A stretch of DNA of 64,000 bases from Geosiphon pyriformis uo1 (taxonomy: Eukaryota > Fungi > Glomeromycota): positions 1,618,757-1,682,756 of the forward strand of contig JAAOMT010000134.1 of the NCBI GenBank assembly GCA_016748015.1. The letters run 5' to 3'. Every line of letters starts with the position of its first letter. Position 1 is the stretch's first letter. Shown here one piece after another: positions 38,402 through 51,370 of the stretch. The translations under genes were made by a program, and so were the position numbers. The notes beneath the pieces were generated by a model that was not told the origin of the DNA, made no database searches, and worked only from the letters and a program-made list of their open reading frames with translations.

Positions 38402-41400
38402 GTGGCAGAATCAGAAAATATAGGAGCAAACCATTTAGGATTTGCAAAATTTTTATTTCAACACTATTGTCAATACTTGAGATTAAATCACAATCATATA
38501 TCTGCTGAATCAGTCTTTAATTTTTATGTCAACAAAAAGATTTTCTCTTTATTAGGAACACCAGTGAATACTGAATCAGCAAGAGAAACTTTCTATAGGG
38601 AGTTAATTCAAAACACCAACCTGCCAACAAATCATAATTTCACATCCATCATTATTAAGATCAACAAAGAAATTGAACACCACACTCAATAAAAATATCC
38701 AATTACACTAATAAAGGCAAGAGAAAACTACAAACACCAGCAGTAATACCCAGAAAAATACAACCACCTACTTGGAAGAAAAACAGAATTGAATTCCCAA
38801 GCAACTCATCCTACCACTATACACCTGGAAGTGCCATCAACATATCATCAACAGACATGTTCCCATTAACTGTGACATCAGCATTTGAACAATTTTCATT
38901 CCAAAGTAAACAAAGGAAAACAGAATTATTAGGACCATATGGCGAATACTTTGAGGGATTTAATTCACAATCATCAACCCCATTAGGACTTTGATCACCA
39001 CTGCCTCCACCAGATTTTGGAATCTCTGATCTGTGGGAAGCAGCAGAATCAGAAAAAGAGGAAGAAGAATCAGAGGATCAAGAATTTGCTTACTAGCACC
39101 CAATCACTAAAAACCCGGAAGTTGAAACCATGAATTTTCAAACTCAGCAAAATCTAAATCTAGAAAATTTGGAAATCAAAACTCCAAATCATCAAAGGCA
39201 GAACAATCCAAACCCCGAATTAATTAATCAGCAAAACTTACCTCTGGTAATCATCATCAATCAACTGCCAATTAATCCCATAGCTGAACTTATATAACAG
39301 TCACTTCAACTACCACCCCAACAACCAGTACAACAACAACTGCTTCAATAGCCACCACAATCACCTAACTTAGATCCAATGGCCTACGCACCAATCGCAA
39401 AACTTGACAACTTTACTGGTGAAGAGAATGATGCTCAAGTATGGCTGAATAATATAGAAAAGGCCATCACAGCCAACGGATGGAATGACGCCCAAACAAT
39501 GCAAGCTATTCCCTATTTTCTCAAGAATACCGCCAATTCATGGTATCAGAGCTTGGTTAATAAACCACAAGATTTCAATGCCTTCAAAGCAGAATTTCTA
39601 AGATACTTCAACAACAATAACAGCATCAATCACCTAGTCAATACATTCACCACTATGAAACAAGGAGAAACTAAAGTAGTCACCACTTACCTGGGACGCT
39701 TCTATTAAAACCTGCACCAAATTCAAGTAATTGATGCCAACTATTTCACAGCCCCACAGATACTCAACCAGTTTATCTGTGGTCTGTGCAGCAGCATCTT
39801 GCAACATGTATGTCTGTTGCATCCAGGCACTTTTCAGGATGCAGTCACATGTGCCAGAAATTTTGAATCTGCTGAGTCAGAGGCTAATCATGCCCAAGCC
39901 ATTAATCTAGTAATGAATGGATCATCTGAATTGGATTCCAAATTTGAGAAGTTCAGTGAATCAATTAATAAGAGATTGGAAAGATACTTAGCTGACAATC
40001 ATGCCATTTATCAGCCTCCACAATGACACAATAATCAAGGAAACTCTAATCATGCCCAAAATCAACCACGTCTATCTTCATTGACCAATCAACAGTGGCA
40101 ACAGGAAACGCGTATCTGCCACTATTGTGGTAAACAAGAACATATCCAAATTGACTGTCACCAGCATTTAAATAACCAACAATTGGGAAATCAATATCGA
40201 AACCCTGATCGCCAGTTCTCAACTCTGAATTATCAATCAAACTCAACACAATATCAAACTACTTACCTGCCAATGATGCAGCAATCAATTTATCAGCCAC
40301 CAGTATATTAAGCTCCAATTTATTAACCAACAGCCCCAATTTATCAGCCACAGCCACAGGTAATGTATCAACTGCAACCACTAACAATCTATCAACCCCA
40401 AACAATTCAGATCCCGTCACAAAACTTACTGATCAGCAGAGTCCAAAGGCCGAGAATTATACAGCAAAACTGGAAATTGTCAATGGTAGTTTATCAGCTG
40501 ATCCCCAGCTTCTTTAGTTAAACAGGATCTCATCAATAGAATTCGGGTGCTAGGAATTCCCAAAACCCAAATTCCCAGAACTATTTAAGTTTTCTGGTTA
40601 CCTCAGAAGACACTTCACCCAGCAATCAGAAACCCACCCAAAAACAAACACATACCAGCAATATTCTGCCAGCAACAGTTACCAACAACAAATCACTGAA
40701 TGCTATCTTTCCATTTGAACTTAAGGAACCATCAACCACGCCATTATTTAGTGGAGCCGCACTAGAAGAAAAGCCAAATACCATTATGTACACTGATGCA
40801 AAAATTGATGGCCATCACATCAAACTAATTCTTGACAGTGGTTCAGCAGGCAGCATCATCACACGACAATTCATGGATCAATTAGGTTGCCGAGTTAATC
40901 GAGCTGCTAGCGCCAGAATCATCATGGCTGATGGAGCGACCAAGACTCCAATTGGTGAAATCGATGACTTACCAATCGAAATTAATAGCATCATAGTACC
41001 AATCAAAGTACTTGTTATGGAAGCCACCCAATACCAAGCTCTAGTTGGTAATGACTGGCTGTCCAAAACGAATGCCACTCTGAACTGGAATACACAAGAG
41101 CTCCAACTCAGCCAGAACAGGCAACACACGTGAGTACCAGCCATGTGTGGCCACTTCAAGACTACCAACACCATGGCACTACTAATCGACTTCGAGGAAG
41201 AAAAACAAAAACCTACCTGGGAAGCCTACCAAGTATTATGGGCTGATGAAGAGCACAATGAGCTGCTGCCAATACTCTCTTGGAATGACAACAGGAAAGA
41301 AAAGCAAACAAATGAACTTACCTGGGAAACTGACAATCTGACTTAGATTGACAACAAATAGGAAGAATCATTGAGTTGAGAGTGGAAAAAAAAAAAGGGA

Positions 41401-44400
41401 AAAGGAAAAGAGAGGGAGGAAAAAAACACTTAAGCCAACAACACTTATATCCCATACACCTATGGTCAACAACAATCATCGACTTATCACCGACCCAAAC
41501 TGATATGCATTGATTGTGGCAAGAAATTGTCGTCAATGGGCACATGCTATGGCAACGATGAAGAATATCAGACAGCAACTAAGTTCTATTGCCGCACATG
41601 CTATGTTGAACGTTTTGGAAGACCGAAATGAGTGGGAAAATGAGATAATACACCATGTATAGCCTGTGGAGAAACTTTCCTCAACGAAGGAATGTGGAAC
41701 AACATTCTGGAGAGAGGAGAAATGTGTGACATGTTTTACCAATACATGATCCTTATCAGCAACTAGGTCGAGAAAGGAACACCCATAGAAGCTGCCTGAA
41801 GAAGAGCTGTACAGCGATTGGACAGTTGTCCACATAATGATGATGAATTATGGTGGATGGCAATTGCCAAAATTGAAGGCATGTTACCAGAAGAAATCAG
41901 GACAATTAAAAACAACCCACCAGAACCCATCGAGTTTGACTGGGACGCAGAGCCAGTCATAAATTTTCTGGAACCAAAAGAGTTCTATGAATATTACCAA
42001 AACTTAACACCCACTAAAGAAGAGCAAGAACAATGGCTAGCACAGTTAAATACAAGACTGTATTGCTATTGTTTAATTCCCAGTGACTTTGAATATTGTG
42101 ATAATTGTGACTTCATTTACAATCCACCACCATGCATAATCTACACAATCCTTGAAGAAGAAGAATCAATCAGCAGCTGTGCATTGGAATCAGAATTGCT
42201 GATCAATCGCGATCCAGACTCTGATGATAATAATGAAAACACCAGTTCCAGCTTCGTTCAAAATGGCAATAACAACAAAGACGATTCAAACTTAAATTCA
42301 AATTCCGAGTTAAACTATGAATAATACATTGCACTACCAGATCTCTCTAAGGAGCAAGAGTTGAAATGGTATAGTAACAAGGGGAAAGGTATTATGCCAG
42401 AATGTGCACATGATACTGATATAGGGTTTGATCTGAGGTATCCAGGAAAAGAGGCCATCAAATTGGAACCACATTTATGCACCTGTATTGATCTGAAAAT
42501 AGCACTAAAAATTCTGACAACAACAATGGTTCAATTAGCATCTAAAAGTAGTTTAGCGAAAAGAAGGATTAATATAAGAGGAGGAATAATTGATGCAGGA
42601 TATATAGAAAATATCATTGCTATGCTACAAAATAACTCAGAAAAGGCCTATATAATAGAGCCCAACGAAAAGATAGCACAGACAATATTCCTGCCTCTGG
42701 TTAGAGTAGTTCAATTAGTATTAGTGGGAAAGAGGGAGGAATTAGGAATAACAGCGAGAGGAATACAGGGATTCGGATCAACAGGTAGAATAGATGTACC
42801 AATTAATATGGTGGAGAAAGAAATTGTTGGCCAAGAAGAAATTATCTCAACCAGTCAAGCTATTTCTATTTCACTATATAACCAGTACATGCTAGCAATA
42901 GAAAGGAAGGAAAAAGACCAAGCACAAATTTTTGAAGCAGAAGCCAGTCTTTGTGAATTAGGAGAAGTTAGACTCATCAATCTCCACATACCAGTCAAAG
43001 ATTACAGCCACATCAAAATTTCCATCTACAACAATACAAAAAATGTCATAGAAATACCAGCCGGAACTATTATTAGATACTTAAACACTAAAATGGAAAA
43101 TCAACCACCAAACCCCATTTCAAACTTTTCACAACTTTGTGGATATGTTGATATCACATCACAAACAATATACGGATGAAGTGAATGTTATTTGCTCCAA
43201 CCAGAACAATTGGAACAAATGAACATGGGAAACTTAGATCCACTCCAACGTATACAACTTAAGATGTTGCTCAACCAGTTCAATGACATTTTTGTCAGCA
43301 AAAATAAGTTTGGCTGAACTGACATCATTCAGCATCAGATTAAGACTGGAGATGCAATGCCAATTAAACAAAGAGCATACAGAGTGCCACCAGCCAGCCA
43401 TGAGATTATTCATCAAGAGATAAACTGAATGCTTAACAATAGGCTAATTCAGCCATTAATGAGCCCATGATCATCACCAGTGGTACTTGTCTGTAAGAAG
43501 AATGGAAAGATCCGATTTTGTGTGGACTACAGAAAACTCAATGGTATAACTCGTAAAGACAGCTATCCAATTCTACGAATACAGGAATTATTCGATGCTT
43601 TTGGCAGAAACAAATGGTTTTCAACATTAGACTTAGATAGTGGTTATTGGCAAGTAGCCATGAATTCGGCCGACAAAGAGAAGATGGTATTCACTACTAG
43701 AGAAGGGAATTTCGAATTTGAAGTGATGCCATTTGGCTTAACCAATGCCCCAGCAACTTTTCAATGGCTAATGGAAATTGTTTATACTAGCTTATTGTGA
43801 AAATCAGTAGTTGTATACTTGGATGACACCAACGTATTTTCAAAAACATTTGATGATCATCTTTATTATCTTTAACAAGTGTTCAAAAAACTAAAAAGAG
43901 CAGGACTAAAGTTAAATGCAACAAAGTGCTTCTTTGGCAAGACAGAACTAAAATTCTTGGAATACATAATCAGCAAAGACGGCATCAAAACAAATCCAGA
44001 GAAAATAGAGATAGTAAAAAACTTTCCAGTGCTGACCAATATGACAGAACTGAAATCATTCTTGGGATTTGCCAGCTACTATTGATGTTTTATCAAGAAC
44101 TTTTCCAAGATAGCGCAGCCACTCAACTGACTGCAAACCAAGAATACCAAATATGAATGGGCAGAAAGTCAACAAGAAGCTTTTGACATTTTGAAAAGAA
44201 AGCTCATTTAAGCTCCAGTACTGATTTATCCAGATCACAGCAAACCATTCATCATTACTACTGATGCATTTGGCCAAATATTGGAAGCAGTATTATTTCA
44301 GAAAGGACCAGACAGCAGAGAACATTCAGTAGCATATGCCAGCAGAGGTTTAACACCAGCCGAGAAGAACTATGGAACACTGGAACAAGAACACTTAGCA

Positions 44401-44619
44401 ATATACTGGACAGTCATGAAATGGAAAAAATATTTGAGCCAGAAGTTTGAAGTATACACAAACCACAAGGAATTAACATCACTCCAAAAACAAGAATTTG
44501 GAGATAGAAGACAGTCAAGATAGAAAATGGCACTCACATTATACAATTATACTATACATTACAAAAAAGAAAAAAACAATGGAAATGCTGATGGTTTGTC
44601 ACAAATAAGACAAATCTAA
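38402..44619 (+). pseudogene. A3(/A2) ORF1: N-domain-Gag-PR-Cys-rich-dUTPase-RT-RNase H
   Basis: GTG 38402, ATG 39379; one frame from 39379 to TAA 44617-19 (small deletion near 38708 upstream). CHYCGKQ.H..DC, LILDSGSAGS, GFDLRY..GFGSTG, YLDD at 43816, NADGLS. Confidence 0.92.
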
Positions 44620-44678
44620 GAACATTTCAATCCAAAAATATAACAAAACCAGAACAATACCAATGAAAATAACAAAAG

Positions 44679-46061
44679 ATGAACATACAAAAATATCAAC
44701 AACTCCAACATTATATAAACACTCAACAGTTCAAGGAGAATTTATCTCAAATGGAATGAAAGAGTATCAAACAACAATCAAAATATTTTATCACTTACCA
44801 AAATATACTTTATTGGAAAAATAGAAGGGATCCAGATCAACCAACCAGAATAATTACAGAGCCAGAAAAAGAGACAATATTATTCAACATGCACTCAAAT
44901 CCAACAGCAGGACATTTTCACAAAGAAGCAACCATAGAAAGAACCAGAAAAAGATATTATTGGCCATCAATGTATCCAGACATTATCCAATATGTTCAAA
45001 ATTGTGATGCTTGTCAGTGAAGAGGAGGTATAAAACCCAGTGAACCATTAAGACCAATCAAAGTGAGACAACCATTTGACTGGATTGGAATTGATTTAGT
45101 TGGACCATTAACAATCACCAGCAGAGGAAACAGATATATAGCAGTAGTCATGGACTATCTCACTAAATGGCCAGAGACAAAAGCAATTCAAAGAGCGGAT
45201 GCAGAATCCATTGCCAAATTTGTTCATCAAGATTTGATCTGTTGACATGGATGTCCAAAAGAATTATTATCAGACTAAGGAACCCACTTTGTGAATAAAA
45301 CATTAGCAGAATTAAGCCAGAGATTCGGAATTAAGAGACTACTGTTATCACCATATCATCCACAAACAAATGGTTTAATGGAAAGATTTAATAGAACATT
45401 GTGTGAAGCAATTGCTAAACTCAGCCAAGAAAACCAGAATGAATGAGATTTGTTCATATCATCAGTATTATTTGCTTATTGAACAATAAAACAAGATACT
45501 ACACAAGCAACACTATTCAAATTAGTATACGGTAGAACAGCAACATTACCAGTAGAAAGAGAAATTAATACATATTCAGCTAAACCAATAATAGAAGAGA
45601 ATTTTCAAGAAACATTGCTAAGAAGAACATATGACTTAATGGAAACATTGGAAAACAAATGAAGAAGAGCAGCTGATAATATTCAAAAGTCACAAAAGAA
45701 ACAGAAAGAAAGACATGATAGTCAACTACTAGACAAACCAGTTGAATTCAAGATTGGGAACAAAGTACTCTTATATTGTACCAAAGTGGAAAAACAATGG
45801 AGTGGAAAATTCAATTCCAAATGGGATAGACCATTTCACATAGAAGAAATTCTAGGAAATGAAGCTTACAAATTAAGACTGGATAACAAAATTTTAACCA
45901 AAACAGCACATAGAGATCGACTGAAACCATACCATAACATCACACTACCATCTACCAGTAATATTTCACAATTAGGAGTACAGAGAATACTAGTCCAACC
46001 AGATGAGATTTTACGAAATCTGGAACCAATAGTTATTATCAACAACAACACATTAAATTGA
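44679..46061 (+). pseudogene. A3/A2 integrase ORF
   Basis: ATG 44679, in a different frame from RNase H. HHCC motif, IGIDLVGP, PYHPQTNGLMERFNRTL, TGA 46059-61. Confidence 0.9.
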
Positions 46062-46115
46062 TTCAGCAAAAGAATATATAAAGACACAATAGATACGACA
46101 GGAAATATCAAAAAA

Positions 46116-46745
46116 ATGGAAATTACAGACAACATTTACTTACTAACACAACAACTCTTTCAGTTAATCCAACACCAGGAAATGAAGATTACAATCAATC
46201 AACAAACCATTCGATATCAAGATATTAGAAAGACATTGCAACCCAAAACACAGAAGAAAACTGAAAATATGGTGGACAAAATCATTGTGAAAGTAAAATT
46301 AGCAATAAGAGAGTTGACAAAAGAGGCACTATATCAAGAGTTGATTAAAGAAACTTGGAATTAGTGGATACAACAATTTCTAAGAAACTATTGTTATTTT
46401 TACTTAGAACAACACATAAATATCCAGAATCTATATACGGATAAAACAAAGCAATTATTTGACACAAGAATACTACCACAATTAGAACATTTTGTGAGAA
46501 AGAACAACTTATCTACACAGGCCTGAGCCATATACTGAATACACACAGCATTTCAGAATCAACCAGAAATTTTACTCAACAAAACAATAGATATGATTAC
46601 CAGTAATCAATTAGGAAAGATCACTAATGCTCAATTTGAAAAATTACAGACTCAAATAACACAAGTAATTCTCGAAAATAAAATTCAGGAAATACTTTAA
46701 GAAGGGGAAATAACAGAGTTAGATTTTGATAGAGCTCAATATTAA
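46116..46745 (+). pseudogene. A3/A2 ORF3 (unknown ~209 aa protein)
   Basis: AAAAAA-ATG-G start; ends DRAQY-TAA at the PPT AAAAGGAAGGAA; 630 nt. Confidence 0.8.
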
Positions 46746-46758
46746 AAGGAAGGAATAA

Positions 46759-47629
46759 TATTACTCATAGAAATATAGGAAATATATATTAGCATAGTTA
46801 TTAACCAATCAGAAGTAGATATAGTAAAATGTGGAATTCCAGGATTCCTTTTAGGAATTGCAGGATTCCAAGAATTACTGGATTCTTACAAAGAATCACA
46901 GGATTCCAGAATTCCAGGATTCCTCTCAAAGAAATTGCAGGATTCCAGAAATCCCAGGATTCCTGTTATGAAGAATTGAGGAATTGAAGAATCTCAATTA
47001 TGTATATATAGCAGTAGGATTAGAAGCTAAAAAAACAGACCTCTCAGTTTAGATTTCATTTAAACAACTTTCCAAACCACAAATAAATAACTGTTTGTTA
47101 TCTCAAACTTGCTGCCACTATCAATACTTTATGTTAATAGTAATTCATACTTAACCTCACTGAAACAATAGCTCTTGATCACAGCTATTGACAAAATACT
47201 AACTTGTAAATTGCCTTGGCTTATTTCTTTTCTTTCTTTATTTTCTTTTCTTTTCTTTATTTTTTTGCTTTGATTTTATTGTTGTTTACTAACTCTATTG
47301 AGGATTAATGCACGGGGTACTGACATTAGGATAAATGTGACTGGTAAAAGACCCAGAAATAAGAGTAGAACACTCAATTAAGGATAGCTTACCAGGAAGA
47401 ATACCAGCCATCAAGCTGAGAAAAAAATTGACAAAACTGCAGTTTCGGAAAGCTACGGATAAAACTATTACCATTGAATCTCTGTCTATTATACAAAGAA
47501 CTCAACCAAACCCTTTAGATACAAACCTTCAGACACAAACCTTTAGATCACTATCAACTGCAACTAGATTTGAGCACCAAGTTACAGGTTTGTTATTTAA
47601 TCCAACACCAGAAATAGTCATCTGTAACA
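46759..47629 (+). repeat. 3' LTR matching the A2 5' LTR
   Basis: TATTACTCATAG...CTGTAACA; colinear with 23945-24810. Confidence 0.92.
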
Positions 47630-49093
47630 CCATTGTTATTTTGAGCAAAGCTGAAATCATTGTTTTCATCATCATCATTGTTGGAGTTTAAATTAAAATT
47701 GAAAATTGATTCTAATTCTGATACACAGTTGTTGATTGGCTCGTTTTCCTTTGAAATTGTGTAAATTATGCATGGTGGTAGATTGTAGATGAGATTATAC
47801 TCATTACAATACTGGAAGTCACATGGGATCAAACAATAGTCACATAATCAGGTGTTTATTTCTTCCAAGCACTGTTTCTGTTCTTTTCTGGTTGGTGCCA
47901 AATTTTGATAGTGCTCATGAAATTTTTTTGGGCCTGTTTCCAGGTCCAGGAAAGCATTTGGATTGGGAATCAGAACAATGTTGACTGGTTCCAGAGAGTT
48001 GTTCTTGATTTCCAATATTTTACTGGACATGGCACTTTCTACTTTGGTGTTTACCATTTGCCAGATCTTGTCTTTGTCATGTAGGTAACTGTTCAAATAA
48101 GAGATTGCTCAGTGTTAGGCAGCAGTAATAAGCATTCTATGATATTACTGGAGGTTTTTGGTCTCTTTTCTTGAATGTTGTAACTGTCTGTTGGTTGCAA
48201 ATTCACGTTTTCTAGAAATAGTTGAACCTCCAATAACTGAATTTATCTTTAAATTATCTTCTATAATTTGAATTGCTGGGCTTATAAGTGGAATGGCCAA
48301 TTCTGTGCCAGTTACTTTGTGTAGTTATGTTGTAGTAAACGTCAACTCTTTCTCAGGAATTGCTCATCTGGCAGCTCACTAAAAATGTGTAGTTACTTTG
48401 TTGTGAAAGTCAACTTTTTTACAGAAATCTTGTCTGTAGACTACCCTAATGATTATAATAAGAAAATAAAAGAAAGAAAATAAAAGAAATGTAAAAGAAA
48501 TAGAATTCTGTCAAGGAAAACGTTTTCTATTCAGGCCTGGAGTCACTAACAGTTTACTGAAATTGGTAGCTAATCAATTTCAAACTGTTTAGTAGGAATT
48601 GGTTAATTTCAAAAGAGAAATAATTAAAAATTTGATTTTTTGAATTATTTGATATTTATTTCGTTTTTGTGTGTAAAAAATAATTCTAATTGTTAAATCT
48701 GAAGTAAGATATATTTTCTCGAAGAAAAAAGCTTTTCTTTTATACAACTTGTTGTAACACTATTCCATGAACTTGAACTTTGCTTTTTTTCTACAATTTT
48801 GCTGAACTAAAAATACATTTTGGTAAACTACAAGTTATTTCTGCAAACTATTAGATATTTCAGTGAACTATCAATTATTTCAGCAAATTTCTACAAATTT
48901 TGGCGAACTTTTGAATGTTACATATTTCAGGGTATTGCATGATTGATCATTGCACTTAGGTTACATTTGTGTTATGTACAAATTGGGTTATTAATTAAAT
49001 GATAATTTCAGACATTTTGCTAATGTAATAAGTAATAATTTGAAACGATAATATATGCTAATTAATGATAAAATTTATAAGAGTAATTTCATG

Positions 49094-49812
49094 CTAAACA
49101 ATATCTCTAATTTTGTCTGATAATATAACCTTCTTCTCAAGACTGAGTTCTGTCGAAGTCTAAGTACTGTCTGTAATTTCCAGATAATAATCCAAAATTA
49201 TTGAAGAAATTTGGTCTGAAAATTGTTAAAATTTCAGTTCTGTGAGCTTTCCAATATATTGAATCTTCAAAGACTGTAAAATTGGGTTTTGTAGGACGTT
49301 TTCACAGATGTGGAATAGGTCATAGAGTTTAAGAGCAGCTTTTAGTTTATAATAACTGTTTGTAAGTCCAGCTGTTGTCTTAAATTCATTGTGGAGTTGT
49401 TTCCAAATAACTTCTTTTGTGATGTTTGCTGCTGTAAGCTCCCATTTTCATTCATGAAGTGTTTTTTCAATGTAGAAATATCTATATATTGGAGTATAGT
49501 TATAGTTTTTTTCATTAAGACACAGTTGAAGTTTTTGTTGAATAGTAGCATTTGGTGGAATACTAATAAGAGTGAGCATTAAGTTTTCTTTTAAAACAAG
49601 CTTTAAAAGTTTTGGCAGGTAAATTCCAGAATAACTTCTTGTATTTTTCTTATATGGGTGATATTTTTGTGAATTTGGGGCTAAATTTGTAACTACTTCT
49701 GTTTGAGTATAATTAAGTGGTTTTCAGTAACAGTAATGGATAATTTGGGTATTGTTTTTAAAGCTAACATTAGTTTTTGGAATAATTGTTGAATGTTTTG
49801 AGGAATAGTCAT
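49094..49812 (-). pseudogene. B2 ORF3
   Basis: MTIPQNIQQLFQKLMLALKTIPKLSITV..., homologous to B1 ORF3; stops inside the LTR; one apparent frameshift. Confidence 0.75.
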
Positions 49813-49932
49813 TATAAGAGATTTGAAAAAAATAAAAGAAAATTATATTTGGTATATGGGTTTTTATGTTATTTTTGCTTTGTTTTTGTGAGATTGTTTC
49901 TAAATTATAAAGAAATAACTATAATAATAATT

Positions 49933-51324
49933 TTAAGTTAAGTGTTCAAGTTGGGGGGATTGTTCAATAACAACTATTGGTTCTAAATTTCAGGGAATAT
50001 CTTCAGGATTGATTAAAGAGAAATGTGTACCAATTTGTGGAATTAATGGTTCAGAATTGTTTCTGGAATTATAGTGTTTCAAACAATCTCCATGTGCAAC
50101 TTTTGCTAAGATCTTGTCATCAAGTCTTAACTTGTATGATCTATTGCCTAGGACTTCATGGATAAAGAATGGTCCATTCCATTTATTTTCAAATTTTCCA
50201 CTCCATTGTTTTTCAGCTTTAGTTCTGTGTAAGAGAACTTTGTTTCCAATTTTAAATCCATTGGTAATTGGAGGCAATTTGTTGTCATGCCATTCTTTTT
50301 GTTGAGCTTGGAAGTGTTTAATATGAGTGGCTGCTATTCGTCATTTTTCTTTCAATGTGCTAAGCAAAGTGTAGGCTCTTCATTGTAGTGTTTCCTAAAA
50401 GTTGTCTTTATTAATTAGTTGTACTGGATATGTTTCTATTGTGAAACTAATTGGTAACATTGCTGTCCTTCTGTAGGTTAAATCAAATGGTATGTGTTTT
50501 GTGGTATCTTGTTTTAGTGTTCTATATGCTAGTAATACTGATGGAATAAAGAGATTCCATTCTTGCTCAAAATCGGTTGAGACTTTGGCTAATGATTTAC
50601 ACAATGTTCTATTGAAACATTCTATAAGTCTATTTGTTTGTGAATAATAGGACAAAGATAATGGTCTCTTGACATTAAATTGTCCACAAATTTCCTGGAT
50701 TAAATTGTTCACGAAATGTGTTCCTTGATCAGATAAAAGTTTTATTGGGCATCCATGTCTACAAATGATGTCTTTATATATGAAGTTTGTTACTGATTTC
50801 ATATCTGCTCGTTAAATGGCTTTGGCTTCAGGCCATTTGGTGAGATAGTCTACAGCTACTGCAATATAACGGTTTTCTTGGTTTGTAATAGGGAGTGGTC
50901 TGACTAAATTAATACCTACTCAGTCAAAAGGCTGTCCAACTTTAATTGGATTTAAAGATTCTGTAGGGCGAGTTCCTTCTCTTCTTTGATAACTATCACA
51001 AGACTTAACATATTCATAAATGTCTTTTCTTATTTGAGACCAGAAATAATATTCTAGTATTTTTTGGGTGGTGCTGTCTTTTCCTAGGTGTGCTGATGAA
51101 GAGTCTGAGTGCATGTTATATAAAATAGTTTCTTTTTCATGTTCTTGTATTAATCTAAGTAGATTGTCTGGGTTTCTGAAGTTTCGATAATAAATCATGT
51201 TGTTGTGTAAGAAGTATTGTTTGGCTTGTTGTTGTAACTGATGTTTTTTATCTGAGGACCAATCTGTTGGAATTGTTAATGTCTCCAAATATTGTTTAAG
51301 ATTGTTGTAGTTTTTGGGGTTCAT
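49933..51324 (-). pseudogene. B2 integrase ORF
   Basis: ATG 51324 (MNPKNYNNLKQYL), LSDQGTHF, FNRTL, KWNGPF. Confidence 0.9.
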
Positions 51325-51370
51325 TGTTTGTTGTTTTGTTGTTAATTTAAGTGGGTGTTGGTTTTGTATT

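Larger units (their letters stand above)
23945..47629 (+). mobile_element. Ty3/Gypsy element A2 (outer LTR pair), hosting B1 and fused with A3
   Basis: LTRs 23945-24810 and 46759-47629 are the same subfamily. Flanks CTGT/CCAT reconstruct a CCGT TSD. Confidence 0.88.

Noticed and set aside
27600-46745. Alternative genetic code or stop recoding in the TE ORFs
   Set aside because: Internal stops mostly differ between copies and map to CGA/CAA/CAG/TGG transitions. The host genes use the standard code.
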